Positions 13,751 to 27,298 of a stretch of DNA of 64,000 bases are shown in pieces. The translations under genes and the position numbers were made by a program. The stretch is from positions 12,214,001 through 12,278,000 of the forward strand of contig NC_047075.1 in assembly GCF_902459465.1 (NCBI RefSeq), read 5' to 3'. The notes below the pieces were generated by a model, which did no database searches, was not told where the DNA came from, and worked only from the letters and a program-made list of their open reading frames with translations. The stretch's first letter is position 1. The number at the start of each line of letters is the position of its first letter. This DNA comes from Asterias rubens (Eukaryota).

Positions 13751-13897
13751 CATATGCCACATTGTTTATCATAACTCTGTCCTCATCAAGGTCCGTCTCG
13801 CCATCTTCCTGGTTAACAATGCCATCCTTGGCAATGGGGTCCAACACATCCAGTACGATATCATATGTCTTGTTTGGTTTGGGCTTCGGACCCCCTC
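13751..13897 (-). pseudogene. Isolated exon resembling the C-terminal GGGP segment of Harbinger-associated Myb/SANT-like proteins
   Basis: AG/GT-bounded exon reading GGGPKPKPNKTYDIVLDVLDPIAKDGIV followed by an acidic stretch. Confidence 0.35.
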
Positions 13898-14183
13898 CTG
13901 AAGGCAAAAACATGTAAATTATTTCAGAGCAGTTCATCCCTTACCTTTATGACACTTGCAATACGCACTGTACAATAAAAGCACTGGAAGTAGTAACGGT
14001 TTTTATACCCCCCCCCCCCCAGTTCGAGCATCTGATTGGTGGATAACGTTGGTTATTACACGAGCACGAGTGGAATTCGAAAAAATATTGTGCTTGTGCG
14101 TCTCATATTAAATGAGGCGATGAAAAAACATTGTGCTTGTGCGTCTCATATTAAATGAGGCGAAGACAAAGTTATACATTTAA

Positions 14184-14594
14184 GGCCGGTTTATAGTCGG
14201 TCGCGCGACCATCGCGCGATGGAAATCTTGACGCGCGATCACTTTTTAGGGGGTTTATAGTTAACGCTCAGCCCTCAACGATCCATCAACGACCGTCGTG
14301 GAGGGTCGCTGGCGTCGTCGTTGTAGAGTTCAATTATTTGAACTCTGACAGCATCGCTGACCTCGTTTGTTTCAGCTGACCAATAGAATTGCCCGATCGG
14401 CAAATAATGATGAATATGCAAATTCCACATCCTAGCGACATTAAACAAAATGGAGGACCTTACTTTTGTTGAGCGGTTGCTTTCTGAGGTGCAGAATTTT
14501 CCGTGTATTTTCGCAATCAGACAGGCTGATTACAAAGACGTCGGCAAAAAAGAAAACGCATGGAAAACAATTTCATCGAGGTTGCAGTCAAACC
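14184..14594 (+). mobile_element. 5' end of a Harbinger-type element: TAA|GGCCGGTTTATAGTC terminus plus exon 1 of a MADF-domain gene (14450-14594)
   Basis: MEDLTFVERLLSEVQNFPCIFAIRQADYKDVGKKENAWKTISSRL followed by a GTAAGT donor at 14595. This is a MADF pattern (V..FP.I....DYK....K.NAW..IS). Confidence 0.7.
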
Positions 14595-15207
14595 GTAAGT
14601 AACATTACAATGTTGTCTTGTTTGTTGTTTGCTGTTTGTTGTCTGTTAAAAAAATAATTTATGGACGTCCAGGCGTCCAACATCCATACAATGTAACAAT
14701 TGAATTATACAATACATATAATTTAATTATTATAACATAACATAGACCTACATCCACGAACAAACGTATTCAACAAAATGTCAGCAAGCGCACGTTAAAC
14801 CATGATGGAACTTTTGTAATGGTTAAACAGCCTATTTGTGCAAACGTTTTATACGGCCTCATCAATGGTCATCCATGTATGTAGCTAAAAAATAAAATAC
14901 TTGAGTCTATTACTCTAACGTAGGCCTACATGTATTTTGTATATGAATCATATGAAGGACAGCACAGTGTACTGTGGCAGTGTAGGTAGGCCTATCGATC
15001 GACATATATATTAATATTAATGCAAATGGGTCTATTCCGTATTCGCATGACTATGAGTGTTCATCCGACGTTGCAAACGAAGCACATACATCGTATTTTA
15101 ATTATTTAAAAAAAAAGGTTGCTCTTGCTGTTGTCAACTAGGGCGATATCCAAATCAAAATAAAATAGGCCTAGCCGGAAGGCCTGGTTAGTGTAGTGGC
15201 CTGTTGT

Positions 15208-15627
15208 GGAAGTGTCGTGGCCGAGCGGTTAAGAGCACCGAATTCAAACTCTGGTGTTTCTGATCAGCAGAGTGTGGGTTCGAATCCCCAGCCGTGACAC
15301 CTGTGTCCTTAAGCAAGACACATAACCATTGCTTCGTCCTTCGGATGGGACGTAAAGCCGTTGGTCCCATGTGTTGTTTAAACGCATGTAAAAGAACCCA
15401 GTGCACTTGTCGAAAAGAGAAGGGGTTCGCCCCGGTGTTCCTGGCTGGATTGGCAGCATATTGCGCCACAGCACCTTGTAAACCATTACATTGTGCTTAA
15501 GGATTAGGTCTTATATTATCTCAGAAATCGCCCCCACTCCTTGCAGTAATAATACCTGGCGCTTTGTATCCTTTGGCAAAAGGCGCGTTATAAATACGGT
15601 TATTATTATTTATTATTATTATTATTA
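15208..15627 (+). mobile_element. tRNA-derived SINE (tRNA-Leu-like head, central body, (ATT)n tail)
   Basis: A-box TGGCCGAGCGG and B-box GTTCGAATCC; the head continues into GTGTCCTTAAGCAAGACAC and ends in an ATT-repeat tail. Confidence 0.85.
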
Positions 15628-16184
15628 GCCAGTAGTAAAAGGTACCTTACCTACTGGTAAAACTTCTTATAATAAGCAAAATTAATGTTGACGTTTTTAT
15701 TTATTCACGAGAGTTGCTGTTTCCATGGTTTAACTTCACCGGCGTGAAGTTGGTTACTTTATTGACGTTTGATGTTCAATGTCAAACGAGTTATAGTTAC
15801 CGGTTTGACATTCGTCTTAAATTTAAGTGCATGTTCTTTTCAAAAATATAAATCGTTCATTTCCTAGTGGTCAGACCCTTTCGTCCGGGCACTGCCCGGG
15901 CACAGCTGTGTAGAGGAGGGTCCAAGGAACACATCCATGGTAATTTTTACGCGGCCATTGGGGTCCTTACATATCATATATTTAATCTATTTTACTTATC
16001 ATTTTTGTCATATGTCTATGTGTAATATGCATTTTACCGACAAATGTAACGGTCAGTTTGTAGTGGTCAGAGTCCAGACCCTTTTGGCCGGGCACTGCTG
16101 GGTACAAATGTGTAGAGGAGGGTCCAAGAAAAACCTCCTTCAGTTTTTACCCGACCGTTGGGGTCCTTCTTTTTGTTTTTAGGT

Positions 16185-18075
16185 GTTCGTGCTGATGCAC
16201 GAACACCTATTGTTATTGCTCTGTTTTTTAGGTGTTCGGCCAACAGCCGAACAACTATTGTTATTGTTCTGTTTTTTTTTGTTTTTAGGTGTTCGGCCAA
16301 CAGCCGAACAACTATTGTTATTGTTCTGTTTTTTTTTTGTTTTTTTTTTCCTCGTGTTCTTCTTTCCCTGCGAACCTTCTCCAGCAATTTTAAACAAAAG
16401 TAAAGCTTGTACAAACTTAAAACTTACTATGTACATAGGCAATAGTGAGTAGACGAAACCGCCACTTTTTGGGAATGATGACGTCATTGATGACGTCATG
16501 GCAAGGTTTTTAAAGTTGAAAAACAACATTTGCTTTTCGCTGTATCTCAACGAATATTAATGCTATGATGTTCATACTTGGGCATCGGATAGATAAAGAC
16601 TTGGACAACATTTGAAAAGTTAACGCCAAAATCATATGGCCTTAACTTCCGGTCGTTACCCTGGGTCAAAGTTCGCCTTCGCATTTTTTCATCAAACAAC
16701 AACTTTTGAGCTTTAAAACAAAAGTAAGGGCTTGTACAAACTTAAAACTTACTTGGTACATAGGCACTAGTGCGTAGATGAAACTGCCACTTTTTTGGAT
16801 TGATGACGTCATTGATGACGTCATGGCAAGGTTTTTAATGTTGAAAAATTACAATTTGCTTGTTGCTGTATCTCAACGAATATTGAAGCTATGATGTTCA
16901 TATTTCAGCATCGGATAGATAAAGACTTGGACAACATCTGAAAAGTTAACGCCAAAATCGTACGACCTTAACTTCCGGGTCGTTACCCTGGGTCAAAGTT
17001 CACCTTTGTGTATTTTACATCAAAAAAACAACTTTTGAGCTTTTAAACAAAAGTAAAGCTTGTACAAACTTAAAACTTACTGTGTTCATAGGCAATAGTG
17101 ATTAGATAAAACCGCCACTTTTTTGGATTGATGACGTAATTGATGACGTCATGACAGGGTTTTTAATGTTCAAAAATGATCATTTGCTTGTTGATGTATC
17201 TCAACATATATAAAAGCTATGATGTTCATACTTGGGCATCAGATAGATATAGACTTGGGAAACATTTGAAAAGTTAACGCCAAAATCTTACGACCTTAAC
17301 TTCCGGGTCGTTACCCTGGGTCAAAGTTCGCCTTCGTGTTTTTTGATTCGTGTTTTTTCATCAAAAAACAACTTTTGAGCTTTTAAAGCCATTGGACCCT
17401 TCCGGTACAGAAACAAAAATAAAAGTTCACAGATTTACAAATAATTTACAGGGTTTACAGAAGGTAATGGTGAAAGACTTCTCTTGAAATATTAGTCCAT
17501 GAAATGCTTTACTTTTTGAGAAAAAGGTAAAATAATATAAATTTTCGTTAGCGAGAATTACGGATTTATTTTAAACACATGTCATGACACGGCGAAACGC
17601 GCGGAAACAAGATTGGGTTTTCCCGTTATTTTCTCCCGACTCCGATGACCGATTGAGCCTAAATTTTCACAGGTTTGTTGTTTTATATATAAGTTGTGAT
17701 ACACGAAGTGTGGGACTTGGACAATACTGTTTACCGAAAGTGTATAATGGCTTTAAGCAAAAGTTAAGCTTGTATAAACTTAAAACTTACTATGTACATA
17801 GGCACCAGTGAGTTGATGAAACCGCCACTTTTTTAGAATGATGACGTCATTGATGACGTCATGACAGGGTTTTTAATGTTAAAAATTGACCATTTGCTTG
17901 TTGCTGTATCTCAACGAATATAAAAGCTATGATGTTCATACTTGGGCATCGGATAAATAAAGACTTGGACAACATTTGAAAAATTAACGCTAAAATCGTA
18001 CGACCTTAACTTCCGGGTCGAAGTTCGGGTCAAAGTTCGCCTTCGTGTTTTTTTCATAAAAAAACAACTTTTCAG
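16185..18075. repeat. Satellite-like array: palindromic head units, then four ~330-bp tandem monomers (starting ~16391, 16715, 17045, 17757); Helentron/HINE-like organisation
   Basis: Perfect hairpin AGGTGTTCGTGC-TGAT-GCACGAACACCT. Monomers share aaagcttgtacaaacttaaaacttac, tgatgacgtcattgatgacgtcatg and acttccgggtcgttaccctgggtcaaag. Confidence 0.8.
17387..17752. mobile_element. MITE family A inserted at a satellite monomer junction, TTAA TSD
   Basis: TTAA|AGCCATTGGACCCTTCCGGT ... ACCGAAAGTGTATAATGGCT|TTAA; a related copy lies at 61971-62296. Confidence 0.85.
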
Positions 18076-18215
18076 CTTATCTACGGCATAACTCAAGATT
18101 GAGATCGATTTGAACCTTGAAACTCAATAGATAGTTGAACCCTAGTATTTTTAAGACAACACAGGCCTAATTACGTCATAATGACGTCATCAGGTATTGA
18201 ATAACAATAAAATGT

Positions 18216-18315
18216 NNNNNNNNNNNNNNNNNNNNNNNNNNNNNNNNNNNNNNNNNNNNNNNNNNNNNNNNNNNNNNNNNNNNNNNNNNNNNNNNNNNNN
18301 NNNNNNNNNNNNNNN
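18216..18315. other. Assembly gap (100 N)
   Basis: Run of exactly 100 N; contiguity across it is unproven. Confidence 1.
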
Positions 18316-21300
18316 TAATTATTAATATTATGAACAAAAGAAATCATAATTTTTTGCACAACTGATACATTTTTTGTGATCAAAAACACTCCATAGTTCG
18401 TCACTACTTTTATCAGTGAAGGATTCCCTCAGTGAATTACCATCTGTCTTTTGTTGCATTGGGAGGGACTCTACGATATTGTGCATGCTACAAGAAACAC
18501 CAACCGTGTGTGCACCGTGAAAGCAACCCTTTTTTGATGGGGCATTGGACGCCGTCTGCACCGTAGCTTTCACTCTACAATTCACGCTGAGGTAATGGCA
18601 CTGGAAATTGATCAAAACTTTCCATTTTTTTTCACAGTAAAGAAAGCTTATCTATCCCTTAAATACTGAACTGCATTACAAAGAAAACAACCATTCTTTT
18701 CTCCTCAAATATTAACAAAGAATTTCGTAAAAATGTACTCACACACAAAACAAGATGGTCGACTTCAGAAAAAGATTTGACAGCTAAAAAGTTGCTCTAG
18801 GTCAAAGGTCGCGCTTTAGGCTATGTCAATAATATCGAAGTCTTAAGATACAATTAATATCAATCTTATCTCGTTTGAACTTACGCTTGATCGATTTTAC
18901 GCTAAGATTGATTTTATGAAACAGAATTTTACAATTAATTGTAGACTAAGATTGATTCAGACTTAAGATTGATAGTTAAGATTAATTGTATTATGTTCTT
19001 TATGAAACACCACCCTGGTACTATAAAATAATTATAATAATAACATAAAGGTAATATAAGATTGAAGGTGGTCTTCAAGGTCTTCATGCTCTCCTGATTA
19101 ATTTAACATTGTATTGGGCACACTTTGTACATTCTCCAGCACACTTTTCTGAATCCAGGAATATCGCTAAAAACTGTTCAATGCCTTTCTGTTGTTTGCC
19201 CCTATCTAAATTTGCCTCTTCTAGTAAAACTGATGAGTAATTGGTCCTTATGTATTATGTTCATAACGGTATTTACTGTAGCCGTTTGTCATGCTGGCAT
19301 TATAGTTGCTTTTATCAAGGAATCTGTGTGTCATATCGTTATGGACAGAAGTTAGGATCTTGTATTGTACATTATTGGTGTGATGATGGGTAATAAATGG
19401 GTCTATCATTTTTGGATTCTGTGTCCGATCTGTTCTAGGAAGCAAGAAAAGTGTGTTATTTCATGCATGGCACAATCGGGGAACTTCTGTGACTCAAGAT
19501 GATGTAAGGTCTTCGTGGATTCTTGCTAGGTTTTTTTATTTAAAAAGTAAAACGATACCCTCCAATAATGTGGAACAAAGCGTGGTATAAGTTTTGCCAC
19601 ATCAGTGTCAAAATTTCCATTCAGTGTCAGTTTTCATCAACAAAATGCAAATTGAACATTGCTATAATTAGGTTTGGCTGACAAATGAAAACCTAATAAT
19701 CATAAAATTCTAAAACATAAAATGTATAACGTATTTTTTAAAAGATGACGCTTATCATTAAAGTTACAAACGGTTGCTGTTGTGTCGAAGGGACAAAATG
19801 CATCCTATCTCATCGTACGTATAACCCGCGTCAAAGTAGTGCCGCACCAATCCATATCTTTTACATTCTGTTAAGTTATTTGACATTCTATCATTTTTTG
19901 TTAATAGTGAAAACGCCCATTCCTATTTTCATTTATTTTATAACATCGTAGAGAACACGTTTTTTAAAGATACCTTAGGCCGGTTCGCAGGAATTAAAGA
20001 TGATGGTTAGCCCGTATTCCTCAACAAAAAATGAAGAACAAAATATTTACATATTTTTAACGCCAGGAACTGTAGGTAGAACGATTTTTTATCCAGACCA
20101 TTTCATTCTTATTGGTTGAGCTCCGGTCAATCAGGAGAATGTGCAACTTACTGAATATTCATGACTGTTCGTTACCAAGGATACAAGTCAATAAAACAAA
20201 CTCAAGGCATCGTCAGATTTATGTCTATTTGTTATTTGGAAGCACAGCTTGCATACACACAGGTCACAGCTCGGGTATCAGGAAAATTTGCATAGTTCCG
20301 TTGGCTTATGCGTTCATGCGTTCGTATTTCCGTTTACAACAAACAACATATAAATTATTTCAAGTTAACCAATTAAAACACTATTCATCCATACCTAATC
20401 AATCCAACTTACATAACACTTTCAAATACTAAAGTTTTAGTATGTGTTTGTGTTTGTTTGTTGGGGTGTTTGTTTGTTAACCTGTTCGTTGAGTGAAATT
20501 GTTTGTCCTTTTGTCTCTTGGTTGGACTGACACACTTCTTGGTGACAGTGCAGGCACTATTGTCAGTCCTGGCAAACCTGTAGTGTTGATGTCTTTCTGT
20601 TGTCCTCGATCATGTAGTACTTTTTTTTCTTTTTTTTTCTTTGACTGCCTGCCATCCTTTTTATATATCTTGATGTATCCCCCTTGTTACTGTTTTCCAA
20701 TCCAGATGTATGTTTTTATATAATTCATGTTTTAAAGAGTTTTTTCCTTTTCGTATAAATTTTTGTAATTTTTTGTATTTTATGTGAATTGCCAAATAAT
20801 AATAATAATAAATAATAATAAAGGATGATTTGACCATCTTTGGACTAATTTAATGATAGGCATACGCTTTAAATTTTATTTAATTTTTATTTAACGTTAA
20901 ATTGCTATCGGGGTGTAAAAACATATAACGCTTTCATGGTGCCTTGGACGAAAAAGAAATTAGTGAAAGATAAATGCTAGTTCGTTCGTGCTGACTTGCC
21001 CTATATATACGTTCAAATTCAACACTTTAATGCTGTTCGTGATTAGTTTTAATATTCTTATAAGGCCCGCATCCTACCTGCAGTTATTAAAGAATATGTT
21101 ACAATTCATAAACAACATTTCGAAGGGGCGTAGATAAATATAAAATATCAGATCTGCAACTGACAACATAGTGCTGTGCGAACAAAACTTAGGCCTAATT
21201 TCCCAATAAAAGCATCGAACACATGGGTCCATCCATTTCATGAAGGCAAAGGCAAGCAAAAACGACAACTAAACAGGATATTGCCTTCTCGGTGACGAAT

Positions 21301-21415
21301 CGATGATTCAGCAAGGTATAATTCATCACAATCGGAACTCAATCACATGTGTAGAAGAACCCTGAAGTAGGCATACGCCACTGGCAATTGCAGTTTAGTA
21401 AACAAAATAAAAAGT

Positions 21416-21545
21416 CCGACGGCCAACCCACAACTCCGACGGCTCATCTCACAACTACGACGCACAACTCACAACTCCGACGGCGCAACTCACAACTCCG
21501 ACGCCCCAACTCACAACTCCGACGGACAACTCACAACTACGACGG
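21416..21545. repeat. ~21-bp tandem repeat (cgacggcgcaactcacaactc), about 6 units; possibly subterminal repeats of a TAG-terminated DNA transposon
   Basis: Direct repeats followed by GGAGGCTGTCCTCTA, which reads TAGAGGACAGCC on the minus strand. Confidence 0.7.
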
Positions 21546-22095
21546 AGGCTGTCCTCTATGGAACACCATAGCTCGCAGTCACACAAAACACAACGCAAAA
21601 TTACATCGTAGTACTCAAACACTCCATCTAGCTACACACTCACACACAGTGTTTTCAATAATCAGGCCTAATAGTCTTGTTATTTTGCGTGCAACAAACT
21701 ATAATGCAAGAAACATTGAACGCTAGAGGGCTTTCCTAAATAATGTGATAGCGGGAGAGCCGCCCTCCGTTGGAAAAATTGCGCAACAGCTTTACGAAAT
21801 TAGTTTCAACCGCCTTGAGATTAAGACTTTCGGGAGATTCTGGTGTCCTAAAATTGCAATACTTACCAGCGTTGGTGCCCGAGCTAAACTCATACAACAT
21901 TGGCGCCGTCGCTGGTATCTTGGGCAACGTGGTGAATTTTCAGCAGTTCCTTGGGAATTATTAAGCGTGTTTAAAAAAAACTTCATAACGTGTTGGCTTC
22001 ATTGTTCAAACATGAAACATTTTGGACACCTTGGATGTACAATAAAGAGTATAGTTTTATAGTTTAATGTAAGATGTTTTTCCTATTGACTTTGT

Positions 22096-22785
22096 TTTAC
22101 TTTGGGGGGATTATCTTGCATGGCGGTACTTGCCAATAGTCAATGCGTTTGCAACAAGTCAATGCGTTTGCAGCATACTTCCCACTCGTCATTCTTGAGC
22201 AGATGCTATCTTAAAAAAGTCCAACCGGATCCGCTCAAATCTGACGAGGTCGAGCTGGCCTCGAACTTGCCCCCGTTGCCCACGCCGTCTATTATTTTCT
22301 CCCACCCCAAACCATGTTCTCTGATCCCTGATTTCAGCCTCCGTTAAAACCCTCCGGGTCAGCTGTACCGCAAAGTTCTTGTTGGAGCTACTGGCCCGGT
22401 GGATTTTAGCCATATCCACCATGTTGATGTCAAAGACAGCTGCCAGAAGAAGGGGACGAGGTTGGTATTGGACGTCCAGTCGTGCATTCTGGAGCTGTCC
22501 AAGGACCCTCAGCAGGCCCTGTAACCTCCCTAACATAAGTTGTTGGCCGACAAGAAGTTGATGAAGCACATCAACTTCTTGCGGCCCTTCTCCCCAGCTC
22601 TCACCTCCTCCTCCCTCACTTCTTCCCTCTCCATCCCATCTTCCTCGTTTTTTAGGGTACTAGGCTTCATCGCAAACTTAAACTGAGACGAGACAGCTTC
22701 AGCTTCTTTTTCACTTGGTCATCTCCTCCTTGTCCGTCTTCCTATCCTACTTGCGTGGTCTCTGTGATGTCCGCATCATTTATAC
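22096..22785 (-). pseudogene. Terminal exon encoding a BEN-domain-like protein, disrupted; probably transposon cargo
   Basis: Acceptor TTTCAG at ~22786. Acidic/charged stretch, then SSNKNFAVQLTRRVLTEAE...G...GQLDLVRFERIR...F...EWEVCCKRID, a BEN-like pattern with a frameshift near the end. Confidence 0.6.
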
Positions 22786-23239
22786 TGAAAAGCACGAGTG
22801 AGATTCAAATAACTTGAAAAGTAAAAACATTTTCTGTAGAGGCAGGTGGTCTCGAACACAAAGGTATTTAATGTTATTATTATTATTAATTATGATACTG
22901 CCAGCGAGCTTAGTTTTGGAAACGGTTATCAGGGGATAACTCAAAACAAAATCCAATGGAGGAGACACATAAATTTGACAATAAATTATGTGTCTACTTC
23001 ACTCTACTTACCTGTAGAGCGAATACTACAATTGCATTGTTCCCTATGCCGGCAGGCAAAAAGCTAAGAGTTTTACACACAATAGCGCCCTCAAGAGTCC
23101 CATCCCCGACGCCCTGTGACTAGCGCACCACGTCGGTGTCCTCTTTTTCTCTTAGCTGGCAAAGGCAGCAGACGTAAGTACGTGATTGTCCGTATTGCGG
23201 TAGATTTCTTTGCCCCTTGTAGCTAAAATAAGAGTATAG

Positions 23240-25300
23240 TTTAGCAGATATCCGATAGCAGGATAGTCTCTAAGTGTTGAGAATTTCTAGTAGAGTTGTT
23301 GAGAAATTGTAGAGTGAGATTTAAATATGAGTTATAAGAAATCGGGCAGGACAGGGCTTGTCGACGTAGGGGGGGACCTACATCCCTCCGAGACAGCCGG
23401 AGTCCTCGGGGGGGGGGGATTGCGACATTCGTCGCCGCCAAAGCAATCTCCCAGTCAGCCCCCTCAGCCATCGCCGGCTGCCGGGGCTGACGGATCTATA
23501 ACCGGCCGAGCGGGGGACTTTACGGTCTCGCCGTCTCCGCCGGGATCTGCCCGACAGAATGGGAAACGCCCCGGTAAGGCCAATAAATTGCCTAGTACCG
23601 GGGCGACACCCAAGAAGGGACGAGTTTGTAAGCGGGACTCCACTACGGGGCCCGCCCCATTGATCCCAGGCCAGCCAGCGGGGCACGCACAGCCAGAGGG
23701 GGTTCCCCTCCACGGCTCGGTGCATCCAGGGCTGAGTACGGGGTATGCACAGCCGGAGAAATTACCTCTCCACAGCTCGGTGTACCCGGCCCCCCACAGT
23801 GCACACGCAAGTGCCGCGGTGCCCAGGGATGGTCTTTTGTACCGCCGCCCCGACCAGGCAGCCTGCGCTATCGGGCTCGGGGCGCTGGCGGTTGCCAGGG
23901 AGATTGGCAATGGGGTACAGACCCCTTGGGGCTCCGTCGAAACGCTACGTTCCAAAGGGTCGGCCTCTACTTCAGGGTTTACCCGCTGCTCGGGGACGGC
24001 CCTCCAAAAAGGGCAAGAAAGCCCGCCCTTGTAATCCCAGCTCGAGGCGCTCTACCTCCGACCGTCCCCACCGTAATAAACGTCACAACGGTAAAGACCC
24101 GATCTTGAGGGAAGAATTTTTGGAAGCTTTTCACACCCTCGCGGACTCAATTACGGGTGGTCGCGAGGGTGGTGGACAAGGCCCGTCTGACTTTGCCACC
24201 GAACCGGTGCCCCACAGTCAACACGACCATGGGTGGCTTGCACCGAGCCAACGGGGACTCCCCCACATGGCTAGCCGTGCGCCGGATTCCCCCCCGGGTT
24301 TGCCACAACCGCCCCCTAACCCATACGTTCAGGGGCGTGTGGCTACCACCCAATGAGGACCGCCTCAGGGCCCGCCATGCATCAGCTTGCACCCGTCGGT
24401 GGCCTTTGAGTCCGACCACGGGCACCGTGATGATGCTGGTTCAGAATCTCGTTCCTCGATGACATCTCGTCCCTCCGACTCGGCCGACTTGGCCAATGAG
24501 GAGGACGAGTTGGTCAGCTCCATCCAACGGTTGTCAGTCTCCGAGACCGAGCTACGCTTGGTACAGAGAGACATGATAAAGAGTTCTGAATCTCCCCCGT
24601 GAGCCAGAGCCCCCCTCTGGCGAACACCATTCGTTCAAGAAGAGGGCGGGCCGTGCAACGGGCGCTACTATACCCTTCCCGGTGATGCCCCTAGATCGGG
24701 TGTGCAGCAACCGGATGGATGGGGTAATGGGAACGAAGAAATGGACCCCGTACTCAAAACGTACGGAGCCGTACTACCGTTTCCTTCCAGCGGATTTTGA
24801 GAAATATTTTGCCACTCCCGTCCTGCCGGACTCAGCCTCCGACATCTGGTCGCGGACAGGGGATCGTCGTTTTCCAAGCTCCCGTTTGCGGACAAGATCC
24901 GCGGCAAATTACAGGACGTCGCCCGAAAAATGGATCCTTCGGCGCGCATGGGTATGCGCACAACAACCTTTCTCCTGCTCCTATCAGAATATCTGGAGCA
25001 GTGGTGCGACGAGGAAAACATGTTGCCAGCGGACATGATGATTGCGGCCCTTCATTGTTAAGACAATGGTCTTTGTTCCATCCTCGACCAGTTCACAAAG
25101 ATAACGACCCTGGCGACGACGTCACGACACGCCAATGTACTGGATGCGCTTTTCCTGCCATCAGCCGGGGCGCGTAAACGCCTTGACGATCTACCGCTCA
25201 CCGGTGTTGACTTGTTTTCCGGGCAATTTGACCTCAGACCGGTGGGTCCTCGAAACAATCGGCTGCGGTTACGCCCTCGAGTTTACGAGGACCCCCCCCG
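23240..25300 (+). mobile_element. Degenerate DIRS-type (tyrosine recombinase) retrotransposon: gag-like region and the first residues of RT, internally deleted and 3' truncated
   Basis: GC-rich block. Gag-like C-terminus ...RKRLDDLPLTGVDLFSGQFD joined directly to SDRWVLETIGCGYALEFTRTPP, typical of the start of DIRS RT ORFs. Confidence 0.7.
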
Positions 25301-25371
25301 TCGAACATGCTCAGCCGGCCGACACCCCTGCCGTCCGACTTAGCAAAGCGCCGCTCCCTCGAGGGGGAAAT

Positions 25372-26280
25372 ATACAATTCAATTCAATTCAATAAACATT
25401 TATTTCGGTATTGCCCTCACATGATATAATACATCATTGGTTTTTCATAAATATTAACAGTGGCAGTTTTAAACAGTAGCCAAAATTATTAACAAGTCAG
25501 AAGGGCAAAACTTAGGATTGGGTGAAGCTTTGGCTTTTGTACCCTAACCTATTGACAGACTAACAAAACAATAAGACTCACAAAGACAAGGGACTACAAG
25601 GACATACGAGCAAATGTAGGTGTATCAACAATATACCAAAAGTAAGCCATGAAATATTTATAACGAATATGTATTGAGTAGTAATTGTTTTAATTTTTTT
25701 GAGAATACAGGTAGAGTGATTGCAGATTTAACAGAACCATCCAAATTATTCCAGTATGTAACACCGCGTTGAACAAGGCTGTTTTTATACATTGAGGTTC
25801 GGTTGCGAGAAACAAAAAGATTTTTCTTTGAAGTGCTTCGATTTTGTATGAATGAATGCCAGTAGTTAGAGTAAAAAATGAGCTAAAACAAGGTGGTAAT
25901 GCATTACTCATGTACTTGTACATAAATTTATCTAATTTCAAATGATAAAGATCATTAAATTTTAACAATTTAAGATTACAAAATAATGAAGTAGTATGAT
26001 CAAGAAAACCAGCGTTAGAAATGATCCTAACAGTTCGTTTGTAAAGTAAGAAGCCTATTACATTGTGTAGGCAAACCACCCCAAGTAAGAACTGAGTAAC
26101 TTAAATAGGGAAGAACAAAACAATTATATAGAGTTAATAAGACATGGCTCGGTAAAAATTTCTTTAGACGATTAATTATACCAATATTCTTTGAAATGAT
26201 TCAGCAAGTCATTTGTTAAAATATTGTCAATCAGAGTTGAACTACCTGCAGCTATTCTTGAATTAATGAATAAAAATTAC
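25372..26280 (-). mobile_element. 5'-truncated LINE 3' end (L2/CR1 group) with (ATTGA)n tail
   Basis: HTTSLFCNLKLLKFNDLYHLKL..FMYKYMSN.LP..F..FFT...IHSY C-terminal motif; AATAAA followed by the ATTGA repeat at ~25372-25400. Confidence 0.8.
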
Positions 26281-27192
26281 AGATACTTGTACTACAAAGT
26301 TACGGTAGCTCGTCTCTATAGTCTTTAGTCTCCCTGTACGTTCACGTACGATGAATGGCGATTGGCACGCAGTCTAGTATGACATCACACAGATGACGTT
26401 AAGTTTAGTCTCCACTTCAGGAGTTCACAGCGGCCCTCGTCTTTCAGTTCATCTCAAATAGGGAGTCTCATGGACGGGAGATCGAAGCCCCAAATAATGG
26501 CCATGGTTATTGTGCGGGCGAACTAACTTGAGGCGTCTTCAGGCTGAGTGTTGCGGTGTCGACCGGGGTTAGGAAGAATCGTTACTATGGCTCTGTTTTG
26601 CCTATAGTTTTTTGATCACAGATCAAACAAGACAGAATTCTTGTTGACTGTCTACCTGTTGCTTCAGGAAGCTTCACGCAGTTGGTACATTCTCTAAACA
26701 CTCAAGCTCACCATCAAAACATGCTCTCAAAATCAAAATCGTTCTGATAAAAACTAACATTCAATTTCACTAGCAAACTCACTCACTACTAAACTCCCAA
26801 AATCAACAAAAGAACAAACACCAACAAACGACAGACTAAACAACAAGAATAACAGAACTAAACGGGGACAATAACCACGGCCGATGTATTACGTAATGTA
26901 CTGTGACAACGAAAAAAGCGTCCTATGTTACACGAAAAAAAGCACTGGAAAAATACAGGAGGGTGCGATTTGTAGCAGCGGGAAAATTAAACGCGCGCGA
27001 TTGGCATAAGGCTATACGTCATGCGGGAAGGCTAAACCAATGTGTTGCAGGGGTGGCTAAAGAACAGTAAAAATAATTAAACGCAGCGCGATCCTGACAA
27101 ACATTCACATTGGAAGTTTATCAAATTTACATTTTACTGAGGGAATTTTAAATCTCAAGGGTTGGGACATCTAATAGGAGACTTTCCAACGC

Positions 27193-27298
27193 TAGATGGC
27201 AGCAGACATACCGGGTAAATTTCCATTGTTTACGTAGTTCTGAACATGCGCATAATTCTGAGAACAATGGATTTACCCGGTAAGTCTGCTGCCCTCTA
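27193..27298. mobile_element. 106-bp hairpin MITE with ~36-bp TIRs and TAG...CTA termini (Academ-like)
   Basis: TAGATGGCAGCAGACATACCGGGTAAAT ... ATTTACCCGGTAAGTCTGCTGCCCTCTA. Confidence 0.8.

Noticed and set aside
15208-15300. Functional tRNA-Leu gene
   Set aside because: The A and B boxes run into a SINE body and ATT tail, and the acceptor stem and poly-T terminator are not convincing.
18171-18404. 77-aa ORF spanning X residues
   Set aside because: Artefact of reading through the N gap.
23327-24356. Long GC-rich overlapping ORFs as a novel host gene
   Set aside because: Low-complexity Pro/Ser/Gly frames upstream of DIRS gag/RT motifs are better explained as decayed DIRS ORF1.
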